Positions 1 through 10,728 of a DNA stretch of 64,000 nt are shown one piece after another. Below the pieces are notes generated by a model, which was not told where the DNA came from, ran no database searches, and saw nothing but the letters and a program-made list of their open reading frames with translations. The stretch comes from an uncultured Gammaproteobacteria bacterium (GTDB taxonomy: Bacteria; Pseudomonadota; Gammaproteobacteria; CAWCPV01). The stretch spans positions 288,001-352,000 of the forward strand of contig CAWCPV010000014.1 of NCBI GenBank assembly GCA_963797555.1. Direction: 5' to 3'. Position 1 is the first letter of the stretch. Each line of letters starts with the position of its first letter. Position numbers and translations under genes: made by a program.

Positions 1-285
1 GTATTTACTCAGTAATGACATGTGCTCGCTGCTTTATCCAGCTCGACCCCAGCGCCGACCGCCGCCTCCCGATGCACTGCCCGTGCGCATCCCTACAAGG
101 TTCTCCACGAGCGACTGCTCGCGGGCGACGCCGCGGCCACAGGGATCGCAGAGCACACCCGGGTGAACGTCTTTCGCCAGCTAGGGGGCAAACCTTTGCC
201 GACGCTACTGTCCGCTCCCACAGTAGTCCGGGGCGCCGGGGACGGGGCCGAGCCCGCTTTATCTTGTCCGCAGTGGAGGACGACC

Positions 286-927
286 ATGGCTGTGAAAGGG
301 AACTACTGGATGACCCACGCGCTCTTCGCCTCGCTCGTACTCCTCATGCTGCCCAGCCTGGCCGACGGTTCGGGGACAGCCGTGACGATGCCGCGGGGCC
401 TCGCCAAGGCAACGTTCGCCGGGGGTTGTTTCTGGTGCATGCAGCCGCCCTTCGACAAGGTGAAGGGAGTCGTGTCCACGACCGCGGGCTACACCGGCGG
501 GCATACGCCGCAGCCCACTTACGAGCAGGTATCGGCCGGAGGGACGGGCCACGTGGAGGCCGTTCAGGTGGTTTACGATCCAGCGCAGGTCAGCTACGCG
601 AACCTACTCGAGGTCTTCTGGCACAACGTCGACCCAATCGACGCGGCAGGCCAGTTCTGCGACAAAGGCAGCCAGTACCGCTCAATCATCTTCTATTACA
701 ATGACGAGCAGAAGCGCTTGGCCGAGGCATCCAAGGCAGCTCTGGAAAGCTCCGGTCGATTCAGTCAGCCCGTCGTGACGGAGATCCGGCCCGCCGCCGA
801 ATTCTATCCCGCCGAGGACTACCACCAGGACTATTACCGGAAGAATCCTCTGCGTTATAAGTTCTATCGCTTCGCCTGCGGACGGGACGCACGCCTGCAG
901 ACGCTCTGGGGCAGCTCAAAGGAGTAG
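286..927 (+). CDS. msrA: Peptide methionine sulfoxide reductase MsrA, probably exported
   Basis: FAGGCFWC catalytic motif, GYTGG, GTGHVEAV, FYPAEDYHQDYY. ATG at 286 follows GGAGGA; hydrophobic N-terminus. Confidence 0.93.
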   Translation: MAVKGNYWMTHALFASLVLLMLPSLADGSGTAVTMPRGLAKATFAGGCFWCMQPPFDKVKGVVSTTAGYTGGHTPQPTYEQVSAGGTGHVEAVQVVYDPAQVSYANLLEVFWHNVDPIDAAGQFCDKGSQYRSIIFYYNDEQKRLAEASKAALESSGRFSQPVVTEIRPAAEFYPAEDYHQDYYRKNPLRYKFYRFACGRDARLQTLWGSSKE

Positions 928-1087
928 GCGGGGTGGGATCGGGCGGGGCCAAGTCTTCTGCGATTGGCGCATGACTGGCGGCTTCGCTGAGGGCGCCGGC
1001 TTCGTGCCGATTTGATCCGCATCCAGGCTGCGTGCTACAAGACCGGTTCACGCATCCCGGCCTTGATACCCCAATAGGACACCAGTC

Positions 1088-1789
1088 ATGAGCACGCATT
1101 GGGAGACCGTGCCCGTCGAGGACGGCGACATGCGCTGTTACGTTGCATCTTCGGCTGGGCCCGCCCCTGCGCCCGGGGTCGTCGTGTGCATGCATGCACC
1201 GGGAGTGGATCCTTTCATCCAGGACATCGTGGGACGGCTCGGCAAGGCGGGCTTCGCTGCCATCGCGCCCGACCTGTACCACCGTGATCCCGCTACGGAC
1301 GACGATCCTCTCATCCGCATGGGCAGGCTCCGCGACCATCTCATCCTGCGGGACCTGAGCGCTGCAACCAGCTACCTCCGATGCCTGCCCCAGGTGGACC
1401 GGAAACGGGTCGGGAGTGTCGGCTTCTGCATGGGAGGCCGCATCGCGTACCTCCACGCGGCTTCGGACCCAGGGCTGGGGATCGCGGTGGTGTTTTATGG
1501 CGGCAATATCCTGGTGTCCTGGGGCGACGGTCCCAGCCCATTCGAGCGGACCGCGGACATTGCCTGCCCGGTGTTGGGTTTGTTCGGCCAAGAGGACAGG
1601 AACCCGAGCCCCGCGGACGTGACCAGGATCGACGCGGAGCTCACGCGCCTTGGCAAGCCGCACGAGTTCCACAGCTACGCCGGTGCGGGTCACGCGTTCT
1701 TGAACTTTACACGGCCCAGCTATCGGCCGGAGGCCGCGGCCGACGCTTGGGAAAAGTGCCTGAGTGCCCTGCTGCGGTATCTCGACTAG
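1088..1789 (+). CDS. Dienelactone hydrolase family protein
   Basis: GFCMGG nucleophile motif, APDLYHR, YAGAGHAF. Confidence 0.9.
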   Translation: MSTHWETVPVEDGDMRCYVASSAGPAPAPGVVVCMHAPGVDPFIQDIVGRLGKAGFAAIAPDLYHRDPATDDDPLIRMGRLRDHLILRDLSAATSYLRCLPQVDRKRVGSVGFCMGGRIAYLHAASDPGLGIAVVFYGGNILVSWGDGPSPFERTADIACPVLGLFGQEDRNPSPADVTRIDAELTRLGKPHEFHSYAGAGHAFLNFTRPSYRPEAAADAWEKCLSALLRYLD

Positions 1790-1870
1790 GGCTGGAAGCG
1801 GGAACCGCATCGAGCACTAGAGACACCATGGTTCTCCTTAGTTTAGAAGGCATAGAGGGCGAGAGTCGCG

Positions 1871-2269
1871 ATGAGAGAGAATCCGGAGCTGTGCAGATAC
1901 GTCGCTTACGCCATCGTGGTCGCAGGTTTCATGCTGTCCTTCGCGCAAGCCATCGTGCCTCAGCTGGGGATGACGGGCTACAGGTTGGCGTTCGGCATCT
2001 TCGCCTGGGCGGTCGTCCCATACGTTGTCTACCTGTTCCTCACGGACATCGTGCACGGCTTCGCCTTGCTCGTGCCCGGAACGCTGATGTTGGCCATCAA
2101 CGCCGTGATCGCCTGGAGTGGGCGGTTCGGTCCGGATCATCCTGCCGTTGGCACACTGTTGCAGTCGGTCCCGGTGTGGCTAACCTTCGTGGTTCTTCCC
2201 CTCGGAGTGCTGGCCGGACGCCTGCTATCGCTGGCCATCGCCGACGGCAAGCCCCCCTTGGAGCACTAA
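1871..2269 (+). CDS. Hypothetical membrane protein (about 4 TM)
   Basis: 132-aa ORF with four hydrophobic stretches; fills the gap between neighbours. Confidence 0.6.
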   Translation: MRENPELCRYVAYAIVVAGFMLSFAQAIVPQLGMTGYRLAFGIFAWAVVPYVVYLFLTDIVHGFALLVPGTLMLAINAVIAWSGRFGPDHPAVGTLLQSVPVWLTFVVLPLGVLAGRLLSLAIADGKPPLEH

Positions 2270-2318
2270 CAGGCTCGCGCGCCTCCGGGAGCCCCGTTGG
2301 GTTCCGCTTGGCCGGTCC

Positions 2319-2789
2319 TCAAGCGCCGGTCTTCAAGGCCTCCAGCACCTTGGCAGGGTGCTCCTCGGCGTTGGCCACCCTCTTCCAGTGCCTGCGGACC
2401 TTTCCGTCCGGGCCCACCCATACCGTGGAGCGGATGATGCCCATCGTCTTCTTCCCGTACATAGTCTTCTCTCCATATGCACCGTAATGCGCCATCACCG
2501 TCTTGTCGGGGTCGCAGAGCAGGGTGAAGGGCAGGTCGTATTTGGTCGCAAACTTGGAATGGGACGCGTCGTCATCGGGGGAGACCCCGAGCACCATGGC
2601 GTCGAGCGACTGGATCTCCTGCCACAGGTCGCGGAATCCGCACGCCTCCTTGGTGCATCCAGGCGTGTCGTCCTTCGGATAGAAGTAAAGGACTACGTTC
2701 TTGCCACGCAGGTCCTTGAGTGAGACCTTGTTGCCGTGGCTATCCTGCAAGGTGAACAGCGGTGCGGGCTTGCCTTCTTCGATCGCCAT
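2319..2789 (-). CDS. bcp: Peroxiredoxin Bcp/PrxQ
   Basis: VLYFYPKDDTPGCTKEACGFRD; start MAIEEGKPAP after AAGGAGG. Confidence 0.93.
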   Translation of the reverse strand: MAIEEGKPAPLFTLQDSHGNKVSLKDLRGKNVVLYFYPKDDTPGCTKEACGFRDLWQEIQSLDAMVLGVSPDDDASHSKFATKYDLPFTLLCDPDKTVMAHYGAYGEKTMYGKKTMGIIRSTVWVGPDGKVRRHWKRVANAEEHPAKVLEALKTGA

Positions 2790-2953
2790 GGTACCCTCCT
2801 TGATGCGGACGAACAGGCTGCGGCTGCAAGTCGAAGACGCCTTCCGCGGATGATCGGGGAGGCGGCCTGAAGCTTGCGGCCCCATTGTAAGACTGATGCG
2901 GGCGTGCCGGGCCGCGTGGGGCGGGACGCACGGCCGGCTGGGAGCTGCCGGCC

Positions 2954-4108
2954 CTAGCGACTCCGGCTCACACTCCCCCAGAGCAAACGAAGATAGTTGC
3001 GTGCACTGCAGACCATGGTCCGATATGTGGCCTCTCCCGCGATGATCCGCGCCATGGCCTCGCACAGCGAAGGTCCGCAGCGCCTGAACAGCCACCCGGA
3101 GGCGCGCGGGTAATCGTAAAGCAGTTGCCCAAGCCACCGCGCGATGCGCACCTCCGACAAGATTTCGCGGTCGACCGCTCGGCAATAAGCGTGCGCGGTC
3201 GCTTCGGGATGCAGCCCAGACGTCAAAAGCGCCTCGCCGGCGAGCTGGCCGCTTTGGCGCGCGTAACTGATCCCCTCCCACAGGACCGGATCCACGAGGC
3301 CGGCAGCGTCTCCGGCGAGCAACACCCGGCCGCGAGCCACCTGGGTTCGTGCCCGGCCCGGCAGCACGTGGCCGTGGCGTTCGATGCGCTGGATGTCGCT
3401 CACGCGCAGGCGATCGAGGTAACCCTGGATGAGCCGGCGACACCCGAGCGGCCCGGCGCGGACCCGCAGAATTCCGACCGAGAGATGGTCGCGTTTCGGA
3501 AAAACCCAGGCGTAGCCGGCGGACAGCAGCTCGAAATCGAACCGGGCCGAATCCCGGAAGCGGTCCAGCGTATTCGCTCCGACGTAGACCTCGCACTCGC
3601 AGGCGGGCAGCATGGGAATCCTCCCCGCTGGGCCGAAGTGGCGCGCCACCCTACTCCCGGCGCCGTCGCAGCCTAGCACGAAGCGCGCGGCCACCGAGCC
3701 GCGGTCTGTCCTGACCTTCACCGTCTCCGGCTCTTCGTCCAAGCCCTCGACCGTGCAGGGAGAGAGCACCTCGGCGCCCGCCTCCACCGCCTGGAGCAGG
3801 AGGCGGTGGTCGAGCGCGGCGCGCATGGTCATATGGATGAGGGGTATGTCCTCGGTGATCCGATGGTGCAGCCCGGAGCGCAGGAAGCGGAGGTCCGCCT
3901 GTCGGCATTCCAGCTCCACCGCGGAGCCCAGCTCGAAGGGGATCTGCCGGGCGGCGCGCCGGACGAGACCGCCACCACAAGTCTTGTAGCGGGGTAGGCG
4001 CGCGCGCTCGATGACACATACGCGAGCGCCTCCGCGAGAAAGCGCATACGCCGCCGCGGACCCGGCCGGACCGGCGCCTACGACGGCGACATCAAAGATG
4101 CGGGAAAT
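2954..4108 (-). CDS. Geranylgeranyl reductase family FAD oxidoreductase
   Basis: Frame extends upstream of the called ORF through FDVAVVGAGPAGS and PRYKTCGGG; also GYAWVFPK and LAGDAAGLVDP. No canonical start found; ATT at 4108 used. Confidence 0.8.
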   Translation of the reverse strand: MSRIFDVAVVGAGPAGSAAAYALSRGGARVCVIERARLPRYKTCGGGLVRRAARQIPFELGSAVELECRQADLRFLRSGLHHRITEDIPLIHMTMRAALDHRLLLQAVEAGAEVLSPCTVEGLDEEPETVKVRTDRGSVAARFVLGCDGAGSRVARHFGPAGRIPMLPACECEVYVGANTLDRFRDSARFDFELLSAGYAWVFPKRDHLSVGILRVRAGPLGCRRLIQGYLDRLRVSDIQRIERHGHVLPGRARTQVARGRVLLAGDAAGLVDPVLWEGISYARQSGQLAGEALLTSGLHPEATAHAYCRAVDREILSEVRIARWLGQLLYDYPRASGWLFRRCGPSLCEAMARIIAGEATYRTMVCSARNYLRLLWGSVSRSR

Positions 4109-4216
4109 AGCTGCGGTCCGCGAATATACTCTCAGAGCGTGTGAAGAGACACGGTGCGCGGTTAGAGCCGCTCCTGCGCAATTGCTTTTTCGGCTGCAGT
4201 ATCCTCTGCCTTACGT

Positions 4217-5631
4217 CATCCCATTACACACAACTTGATGACAATCGTGTAACATCCTGACATAACGTCACAAGATGGGGTGTCGGGATGAGCTGGGCGG
4301 CGGAGGAATTTAGGGGCATCGATTTGGGCGACAAGCGGCTGGGCAAGCGGGCCGTGTTGCTTGCCGAGCGGCTGGCGGAGAAGCCGAGCGCGAGCATTCC
4401 CGGAGCGTGTGGGGGCTGGGCCGAGACCCAGGGAGCTTACCGGTTTTTTGCCCACGACGAGATGGACTGGCGGGACATCCTGGAGCCGCACTGGCAGTGT
4501 TCTGCGGCCCGGATGCGGGAGCACGAAATCGTGCTGTGCATCCAAGACACCACGGAGGTGGACTTCAACGGGCAGGACATCGCTGGCCTGGGGCCGTTGA
4601 GCTATGAGGCGCAACGCGGTATGTACCTGCATCCGACGTATGCCGTGACGCTCGCGCGCGAGCCCTTGGGCGTGCTGGATGCGTGGATGTGGGCACGCGA
4701 GCCGAAGGACGCCGAAGGCCCTCGGGGAGGTGTTCTGGAAAGCACCCGCTGGGTGGAGGGCTATGAGCGCATGGCAGAGCTGGCGTCCGAACTTCCACAG
4801 ACCCGCCTGGTGTATGTAGCCGACCGGGAGGCTGACATCGTAGCCCTGATGGCCAAAGCGCGCGACCTGGGGCAGCCGGCCGACTGGTTGGTCCGCTCCC
4901 GGCACAACCGTGCGCTGCCCGAGGGCGGCAAGCTGTGGGAGGAGGTGACCCGAGGCGAATGCCTGGGCGGGATACGCTTCACGATGCCGTCGCGCCACGG
5001 ACAAAAAGCGCGGCAAGTCTGCCAACAGGTGTGGGCGAGGCGTGTGAAGCTCTCCGACGGCAAGGGGGGTCGGTTGGAGGCCACCTGCATCGTGGCCCGG
5101 GAAGTGGACGCGCCAGCAGGCGTGAAGCCCGTCGAATGGCGCCTGCTCACCAACCGTGAGGCCGCCAGCTTGGAGGCGGCGGCCGAGCTCATCGACTGGT
5201 ATCGCGCCCGCTGGGAGATTGAACTCTTCTTCCACGTGCTGAAGAACGCCTGCCGCGTGGAGGCGTTGCAGCTCAGCACCATGGAACGCCTGGAACGGGC
5301 GCTGGCGCTATTCATGGTGGTCGCCTGGCGCATCGCCCGGCTGATGCGCCTGGGGCGCACCTGTCCGGACTTGGAGGCCGAGTGGTTGTTCGAGCGCGAG
5401 GAGTGGGAGGCAGCCTTCCTCCTGAACAAGAAACGCCCACCGAAGACGCCACCCCGACTGAACCAAGTGGTGCATCTCATCGCCAGGCTCGGCGGCTTCC
5501 TGGGGCGCAAGGGCGACGGCGAGCCCGGCGTGAAAACCCTCTGGCAAGGGCTCACGCGCGTCATGGACTTCGCGGCAGGACTGCACTACGCGCGTGAGGC
5601 TCAAGTCCTTTGAGTTGTGTGTAATGGGATG
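4217..5631 (+). mobile_element. Complete IS4-family (IS50/Tn5-like) insertion sequence, 1415 bp
   Basis: Perfect 19-bp terminal inverted repeats CATCCCATTACACACAACT / AGTTGTGTGTAATGGGATG; 9-bp target duplication GCCTTACGT at 4208-4216 and 5632-5640. Confidence 0.95.
4288..5613 (+). CDS. IS4-family DDE transposase
   Basis: WAAEEF..DLGDKRL N-terminus, IQDTT, VADREAD, WYRARWEIELFFHVLK, LGGFLGRKGDGEPGVKTLWQG. Confidence 0.95.
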   Translation: MSWAAEEFRGIDLGDKRLGKRAVLLAERLAEKPSASIPGACGGWAETQGAYRFFAHDEMDWRDILEPHWQCSAARMREHEIVLCIQDTTEVDFNGQDIAGLGPLSYEAQRGMYLHPTYAVTLAREPLGVLDAWMWAREPKDAEGPRGGVLESTRWVEGYERMAELASELPQTRLVYVADREADIVALMAKARDLGQPADWLVRSRHNRALPEGGKLWEEVTRGECLGGIRFTMPSRHGQKARQVCQQVWARRVKLSDGKGGRLEATCIVAREVDAPAGVKPVEWRLLTNREAASLEAAAELIDWYRARWEIELFFHVLKNACRVEALQLSTMERLERALALFMVVAWRIARLMRLGRTCPDLEAEWLFEREEWEAAFLLNKKRPPKTPPRLNQVVHLIARLGGFLGRKGDGEPGVKTLWQGLTRVMDFAAGLHYAREAQVL

Positions 5632-5669
5632 GCCTTACGTCGGTACGGCGAAAAATTCATGAGATCTCA

Positions 5670-5788
5670 GTGCTTGCAAAGCAATCGTCGCGAGGGGACG
5701 CCAAAAAGGGCGTAACGTACATGGACTTACGTCCATGCACCGCGCAACGTCGCTATCGGGACACGCCAGCAGATTTATTCACGAACTG
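5670..5788 (+). repeat. Degenerate, internally deleted copy of the MITE family
   Basis: Shares AATCGTCGCGA and CACCGCGCAACG.CGCTATCGGGACACG..CAGATTTATTCAC with the 31287 copy. Confidence 0.7.
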
Positions 5789-5821
5789 TTCGGTATCCCG
5801 CTTTCCCGAAGCGGACGGCGA

Positions 5822-6487
5822 TCAAAGCCCACATGGGGCACCTGCCTCAATGTGGTGCATCTTCTCACCGCGTGACATCCGGTAGAAGCGCCGCAGTTCC
5901 CGCATTAGATGAGGGTGCTCCGGATCGCCGCCGTAGTGCGTCTCCAATGCCTGGCAGTAACGGGCGGCGAGCCGGTTGGCTTCGTGATAGCGGTGGCGCT
6001 CGCTGTCGTCCAGGCCGGCGCGAAGACGCATGTCCTCGAACAGAACGCGCCGGAGAGGGCGGAGGGCCACGCTTCCCTGCTGGCGCTGGAGCAGCGCCGC
6101 CGTGGCCACGAATTTGTCCACTTCGGCCACGAGTTCCATCTCCAGCGGGGTGATCCGGCGTTGAAACCCAGCATTCCAGGCCAGGTAGAGAAAATGGCTT
6201 ACCCCTTCCAGCGCGAACCAATAATCCTGCAGGTTGCCCGCATGGAGGGACTCCGCCGGATCGTCCCGCTTGAGGCGAGCCAGCACTGCGCGGTGCAGGA
6301 ACAGGCTCACATCCAGACTATCCTCGGTCTGGGCGACCAATAGCCGTTCCGGGCAGTGGCGCGGGGATGTCTGCGGAGCCAATTGGCAGGCCAGGTCCGG
6401 GTCCTCCAAGAGGAAGTCTTCGACCCGATGAGGGGTGCTGACGTCGTAAATACGCTCCAACTCGGACTGTAGCTCGTTCAGCTTCAT
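5822..6487 (-). CDS. Conserved hypothetical protein
   Basis: MKLNELQSELERIYD start; motifs LEGVSHFLY and LEMELVAEVDKF; 10 bp downstream of partner gene. Confidence 0.7.
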   Translation of the reverse strand: MKLNELQSELERIYDVSTPHRVEDFLLEDPDLACQLAPQTSPRHCPERLLVAQTEDSLDVSLFLHRAVLARLKRDDPAESLHAGNLQDYWFALEGVSHFLYLAWNAGFQRRITPLEMELVAEVDKFVATAALLQRQQGSVALRPLRRVLFEDMRLRAGLDDSERHRYHEANRLAARYCQALETHYGGDPEHPHLMRELRRFYRMSRGEKMHHIEAGAPCGL

Positions 6488-6497
6488 TGAGCGAGAT

Positions 6498-7127
6498 TCA
6501 GTGTGCCCGCGCGAATCGACCGGGCGTAATTCCCAGGCGCCGCAGCTTACGCTCCAGCCGCACGCTCCCCGTCTTGGACCAGATTTCGTACAGGCGCAGG
6601 ACGTCGCCATCGTCCGCCCCGAAGGAGGTCTCGCCCACCTCTGCCAGCACATCCACGAAGCTCGTAAACTCCCGCGAGAGCTGGCGAAAGACGCCGGCGA
6701 GCGACTGCTCTCTCACGGATCCCTGGGCGGTGTCGCAGAGATAGCCATAGGCCCTGCCTCCCATGGCGATGTAGTAGTCAACGTCCACCAGACGCCGCCG
6801 GCGCCGGAAGAATCCCGAAAACAGTCCGGAGACGAACAGTGCGACGTTGCCCAGACGCCGGAGCACCAGCTTGCGCTCGCTCTCCGAGGACGCACCTGCG
6901 GCCTCTGCATAGAGATCCGCGACGGCCCGGAGGCTCAGGCGGTGCTGGGTGGCGTCGAACAGCCGCTCGGAGCGGGAGAACTCGGTCAGCAGGTTTGTGA
7001 GGTACCAGACCGTAGTGTCCTCGGCGTCCACCTGCTGGCTCCGGATGGCTTGGTTGACCGAGTCGTAAAAGAAGGACCTAAGGCTGGATTCGGTCAATGG
7101 TTTGTGGCGGTGCTGGGCTAAGGTCAT
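6498..7127 (-). CDS. Conserved hypothetical protein, paralog of 40089-40787
   Basis: YLTNLL..FSRSERL, RRLGNVALFVSGLF, VDVDYYIAMGGRAY. Confidence 0.75.
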   Translation of the reverse strand: MTLAQHRHKPLTESSLRSFFYDSVNQAIRSQQVDAEDTTVWYLTNLLTEFSRSERLFDATQHRLSLRAVADLYAEAAGASSESERKLVLRRLGNVALFVSGLFSGFFRRRRRLVDVDYYIAMGGRAYGYLCDTAQGSVREQSLAGVFRQLSREFTSFVDVLAEVGETSFGADDGDVLRLYEIWSKTGSVRLERKLRRLGITPGRFARAH

Positions 7128-7439
7128 GAGCGGCACCCTCATGGCTGAATGCCTTCTTCCGAATAGACCAAAAGCGCCGGCCTGTCAAGAAAAAGCCCGC
7201 TTAGCATCAGGCATCCGTTCCTCATACTGGCGAGGAAGTTCTGCCGAGACCGTCCAGCAGAGCTATCGAGGCCCCGTGGCCGATCGATTTTGCGGGCCAC
7301 GCGCGCCGGGACGGCCGGCGCCTTGGCCGCTCTACCGCCCGCAGCAACTGCGCAGCTCTGGCGCAGTGAGCGGAAGTTACTCGCCTGAGGAGCGGCCAGA
7401 GCCCGGCCGAAACGTTGTGGGCCCAGGCTCGCGCTCCGG

Positions 7440-7743
7440 CATCCGCGCAATGCCGCGGTCGAGGCCTGCCGCAGCCAAGGCCGCTCGGCCTGGAAGCGCA
7501 CGGTGGGCTACCACCGGCGCAGCACTGCCGAGACCGCCATGTTCCGCTATAAACAGATCCTCGGCCCCTGTCTCACCGCCCGGCTGCCGCAGACCCAGAT
7601 CACCGAGGCCTACGTCGGGGTGTCCGTTCTCAACCGCATGAACAGGCTCGGTCTGCCCAAACGCACCACATAGGGCAGAAATGCCCGTCCTGAGCCCCAC
7701 AGCGCATTTAATGCGCCCATAAATTTATTTGATCTACAACGCC
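7440..7743 (+). pseudogene. IS5-family (IS903-like) transposase C-terminal remnant with degenerate right end
   Basis: Translates HPRNAAV..WKRTVGYHRRSTAETAMFRYKQILG..LNRMNRLGLP, stop at 7673; ends ..ATCTACAACGCC. Confidence 0.8.
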
Positions 7744-7818
7744 GATCTCTGTCGCAGGCTCTCAGTCCTCACAGGAAGGGAAATGCCCATGATCAACCAA
7801 CCAGAAGCACGCGTTCGC

Positions 7819-9134
7819 ATGTCGAGGATGTTGAGGGCGGCGGGGACTCGGCCTTGCGCTGCTCGCCTTCGGCCGGGCGAACGCCGGCGGACTGCTGCTC
7901 TATGAGGTCGGCACGGCCGACGTGGGCCTCGCCTCGGCGGGCTACAGCGCGCGCGCCCAGGATGCCTCGACGGTGCTGACCAATCCGGCGGGCATGACGC
8001 GCCTCGAAGGCACCCAAGTGCTGGCCGGCGCGCAGCTTCTCCACGGCGATCTGGGATTCTCGATCGGCTCGGGCACATCCCCGGAGCTGGGCGGTAACGA
8101 TGGCGGCAACCCGGTGGGGTGGTTCCCGGGCGGCAGCTTCTTCACCACCCGCAACGTCTCTCCGGGAGCTCACGCTGGGGTTCGGCCTCGCCGGGAACTT
8201 CGGCCTGGCCGAGGAGTACGACTACAACTGGGTAGGCCGCTACGACTCCCAGGAGGCAACGCTGCTCGGCCTGTCGCTCCTGCCTTCCATTGCGTACCGC
8301 GTGAACGACCAGCTCTCTCTCGGCGCGAGCCTTAACGCGATGTACGGGGCGCTCAAACAGCAAGTCGCGGTCAACAACCCGGGCCTGCCCGGCGAGGTGA
8401 TCCCAAGCGAGCCACGTCCCGACAGCCGGCTCGTGCTCGACGACAGGGCGTGGGGGTTCGGCGCCAATGTGGGCCTCCTCTATCAGGTTGGTCCCGCAAC
8501 CCGGCTCGGGCTCACCTACAATTCGCAGGTCAAGCTCGATTTCAGCGCGCAGGCGCAGTTCTCAGGGCTGTCCCCCGGGCTGGAGAACATACTCCGGAAC
8601 CGTGGGCTGCTCGACGCCAACCTCGCTGTCGGCATCGATGTCCCGCAGGGCGTGATGGGGAGCGTCTTCGAGCAACTGAACGACCGCTGGGCGGTGCTGG
8701 GGAGCGTGGGCTGGCAGCAGTGGTCCAAATTCGGCGAGGTCAGCATCGGCGTCGATTCGAATGACCCGCTCAGCCTGACCACGAGTATCGGATTCAAGGA
8801 CACCTGGCACGGGGCGCTGGGTGCTCAATATCGGCTGTCGGAGCCCTGGCTACTGAACTTCGGAATTGCGTACGACTCTGCGTTTCAGAACAATCCCGTC
8901 GTCTCGCCGGTCCTCGCGGCGAACTCCGCCTGGCGTTTCGGCGTGGGCGCCCAGAACCAGGTGAGCAAAACCTTCGACTGGGGGGTCGCGGCCGAGTATA
9001 TTTACGGCGGGACCCTCGACGTTAACACTCACAGCGCGGCACCGGTGGCGCTCGGCGGGCGAGGCGACCTGGTCGGCTCCTACAACAACGCGGGGATTTT
9101 CTTCCTCGCCGCCAATTTCAATTGGAAGTTCTGA
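7819..9134 (+). CDS. OmpP1/FadL-family outer-membrane transporter, frameshifted near 7870 and 8150
   Basis: GGLLLYEVGT..ARAQDASTVLTNPAGMTRL hatch motif in one frame; beta-barrel ending NFNWKF in another. Confidence 0.85.
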
Positions 9135-9531
9135 GCGGCCCCGACTGCGGGTGCCGGCCGGGGCGGCAATGCGTGCGCGGCGGAATCGGTGGCCGTCGGG
9201 AGTGACGATGGGCATGAGTCGATTGCGCAGCCACAGGTACCTCATCCTCCTGCTGACGTTTGTCTGCTTTCTGGTGGTGCGGTCCCTGAACCGAGTTCTG
9301 GTGGGCGGTCCATTGCTGTCCGATATCCTGGTAACCCTGAGTGTGCTCGCCATGTTCTTCGTCGTTCAAGCAGAGACGATGGCGCTTGGTAGCGCTGTGG
9401 TCAGCAGTGGTCGCGGTCACCGTCAGTTGGGGTCAGTACGCCCTGCCGATGCGGGCGGCGCAGGTGCGGGCGAACACTGTCACCTCATGCCAAGCGCGAG
9501 ACCTCAGTCGCCTGGCGCTGCTTCAGAATCA

Positions 9532-9720
9532 AACGTTATAAAGAAATCGTCGCGGCGGGGCGAGTGCGCGGCGCACGGAGCGCAGCGACGAGCGACCGAA
9601 TGGCAGGATAGCCATTCGGCACGTCCGCAGGACGCCCCGAAGGGGTGGTGTACAGGGAGGTACGCCATGACACCGCGCTACGCCGCCATCGGGACGTGCG
9701 GCAGATCCAGTCGCAACCTC
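9532..9720 (+). repeat. MITE family copy with degenerate ends
   Basis: Core GAGCGACCGAATGGCAGGATAGCCATTCGGCACGTCCGCAGGACGCCCCGAAGGGG..TACAGGGAGGTACGCCATGA. Confidence 0.85.
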
Positions 9721-9845
9721 TCGGTCAAGATTGCAGGAAACCGGCACTGGTTCCTTCCGAGGCGCGTTGGTATAGCATAACGGTCCCGCCGCGTGCCACT
9801 CCGGCATGAGTGGGATTCCCACAAACCTTCAGCAGGAGTACGTCG

Positions 9846-10676
9846 ATGATGAGACATGGTTGGCCAGTCCTTGGTGCAGTCGCCGCCGGCTTGCTGTACC
9901 CAATGGCAGGTACGGCCGTCGCCGGGGAGACGCCGCCGGGGCCCACCGCGCAGAGCGCACTCCCCGCGGCCCCGATCAAGCCGGTCAAGGATCCGCGCGC
10001 ACTCGACTTGCTCAAGAAGATGAGCGAACGGCTCGCCGCGGCGAAATCGTTCACGGTCCGCGCTCGCGACATTGTGCCGATGGCCGGGCCCAACGGTCAG
10101 TGGATCAGCCTGATCGGCAGCGTGCATGTAGCGCTGGAACGACCGAACAAGCTGTTGGTGGAGAGAGGCGGCGACCTGACCCCGATGGATTTCTATTACG
10201 ACGGCCGCAGCCTCACGCTGTATGCGCCGGTGGAGAAGCTCTACGCCCAGACCCAGGCTCCCTCCACCATCGACGCCATGCTGCACGGGGCGTTCGACTA
10301 TGCGGAGCACGATTTCCCCTATATCGAGGTGCTGCTGTCCGACCCGTACGCCGCGATGACTCAGGACCTGAACGGCGCCCTCTATGTCGGTGAATCGACC
10401 ATCGACGGCGTCAAAACCGAGCACGTGGCGCTCAGCAGCACGGGAGTCGACTGGGAGATCTGGATCGACGCGCAGGACAACCTGCCGCGCGTGGTGTTCG
10501 CGAAGTACGTCCAGATCGAGAAGGTGCCGACCGTCCTGACGGAAATGTACGACTGGAAGCTGAACCCGCAGATCCCGTCCGCAACGTTCGTATTCGAGAA
10601 GGCGCCAGAGGCGCAGAAAATCGAGTACAAGAGGTCGCCCAAACCGGCGCCGGCCAAGGCGGGAACGGGTCAATGA
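9846..10676 (+). CDS. DUF2092-family periplasmic protein
   Basis: Signal peptide; DPRALDLLKKMSERLAAAKSF, LERPNKL, YYDGRSLT, VDWEIWI. Confidence 0.8.
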   Translation: MMRHGWPVLGAVAAGLLYPMAGTAVAGETPPGPTAQSALPAAPIKPVKDPRALDLLKKMSERLAAAKSFTVRARDIVPMAGPNGQWISLIGSVHVALERPNKLLVERGGDLTPMDFYYDGRSLTLYAPVEKLYAQTQAPSTIDAMLHGAFDYAEHDFPYIEVLLSDPYAAMTQDLNGALYVGESTIDGVKTEHVALSSTGVDWEIWIDAQDNLPRVVFAKYVQIEKVPTVLTEMYDWKLNPQIPSATFVFEKAPEAQKIEYKRSPKPAPAKAGTGQ

Positions 10677-10728
10677 TGCCGCGCAGAGACCAGACCACAC
10701 GACAGCTCAGCCTGAAAGGAGTGCGACG

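Noticed and set aside
9151-9780. 209-aa ORF as a real gene
   Set aside because: A short hydrophobic fragment running into MITE sequence; probably a remnant.
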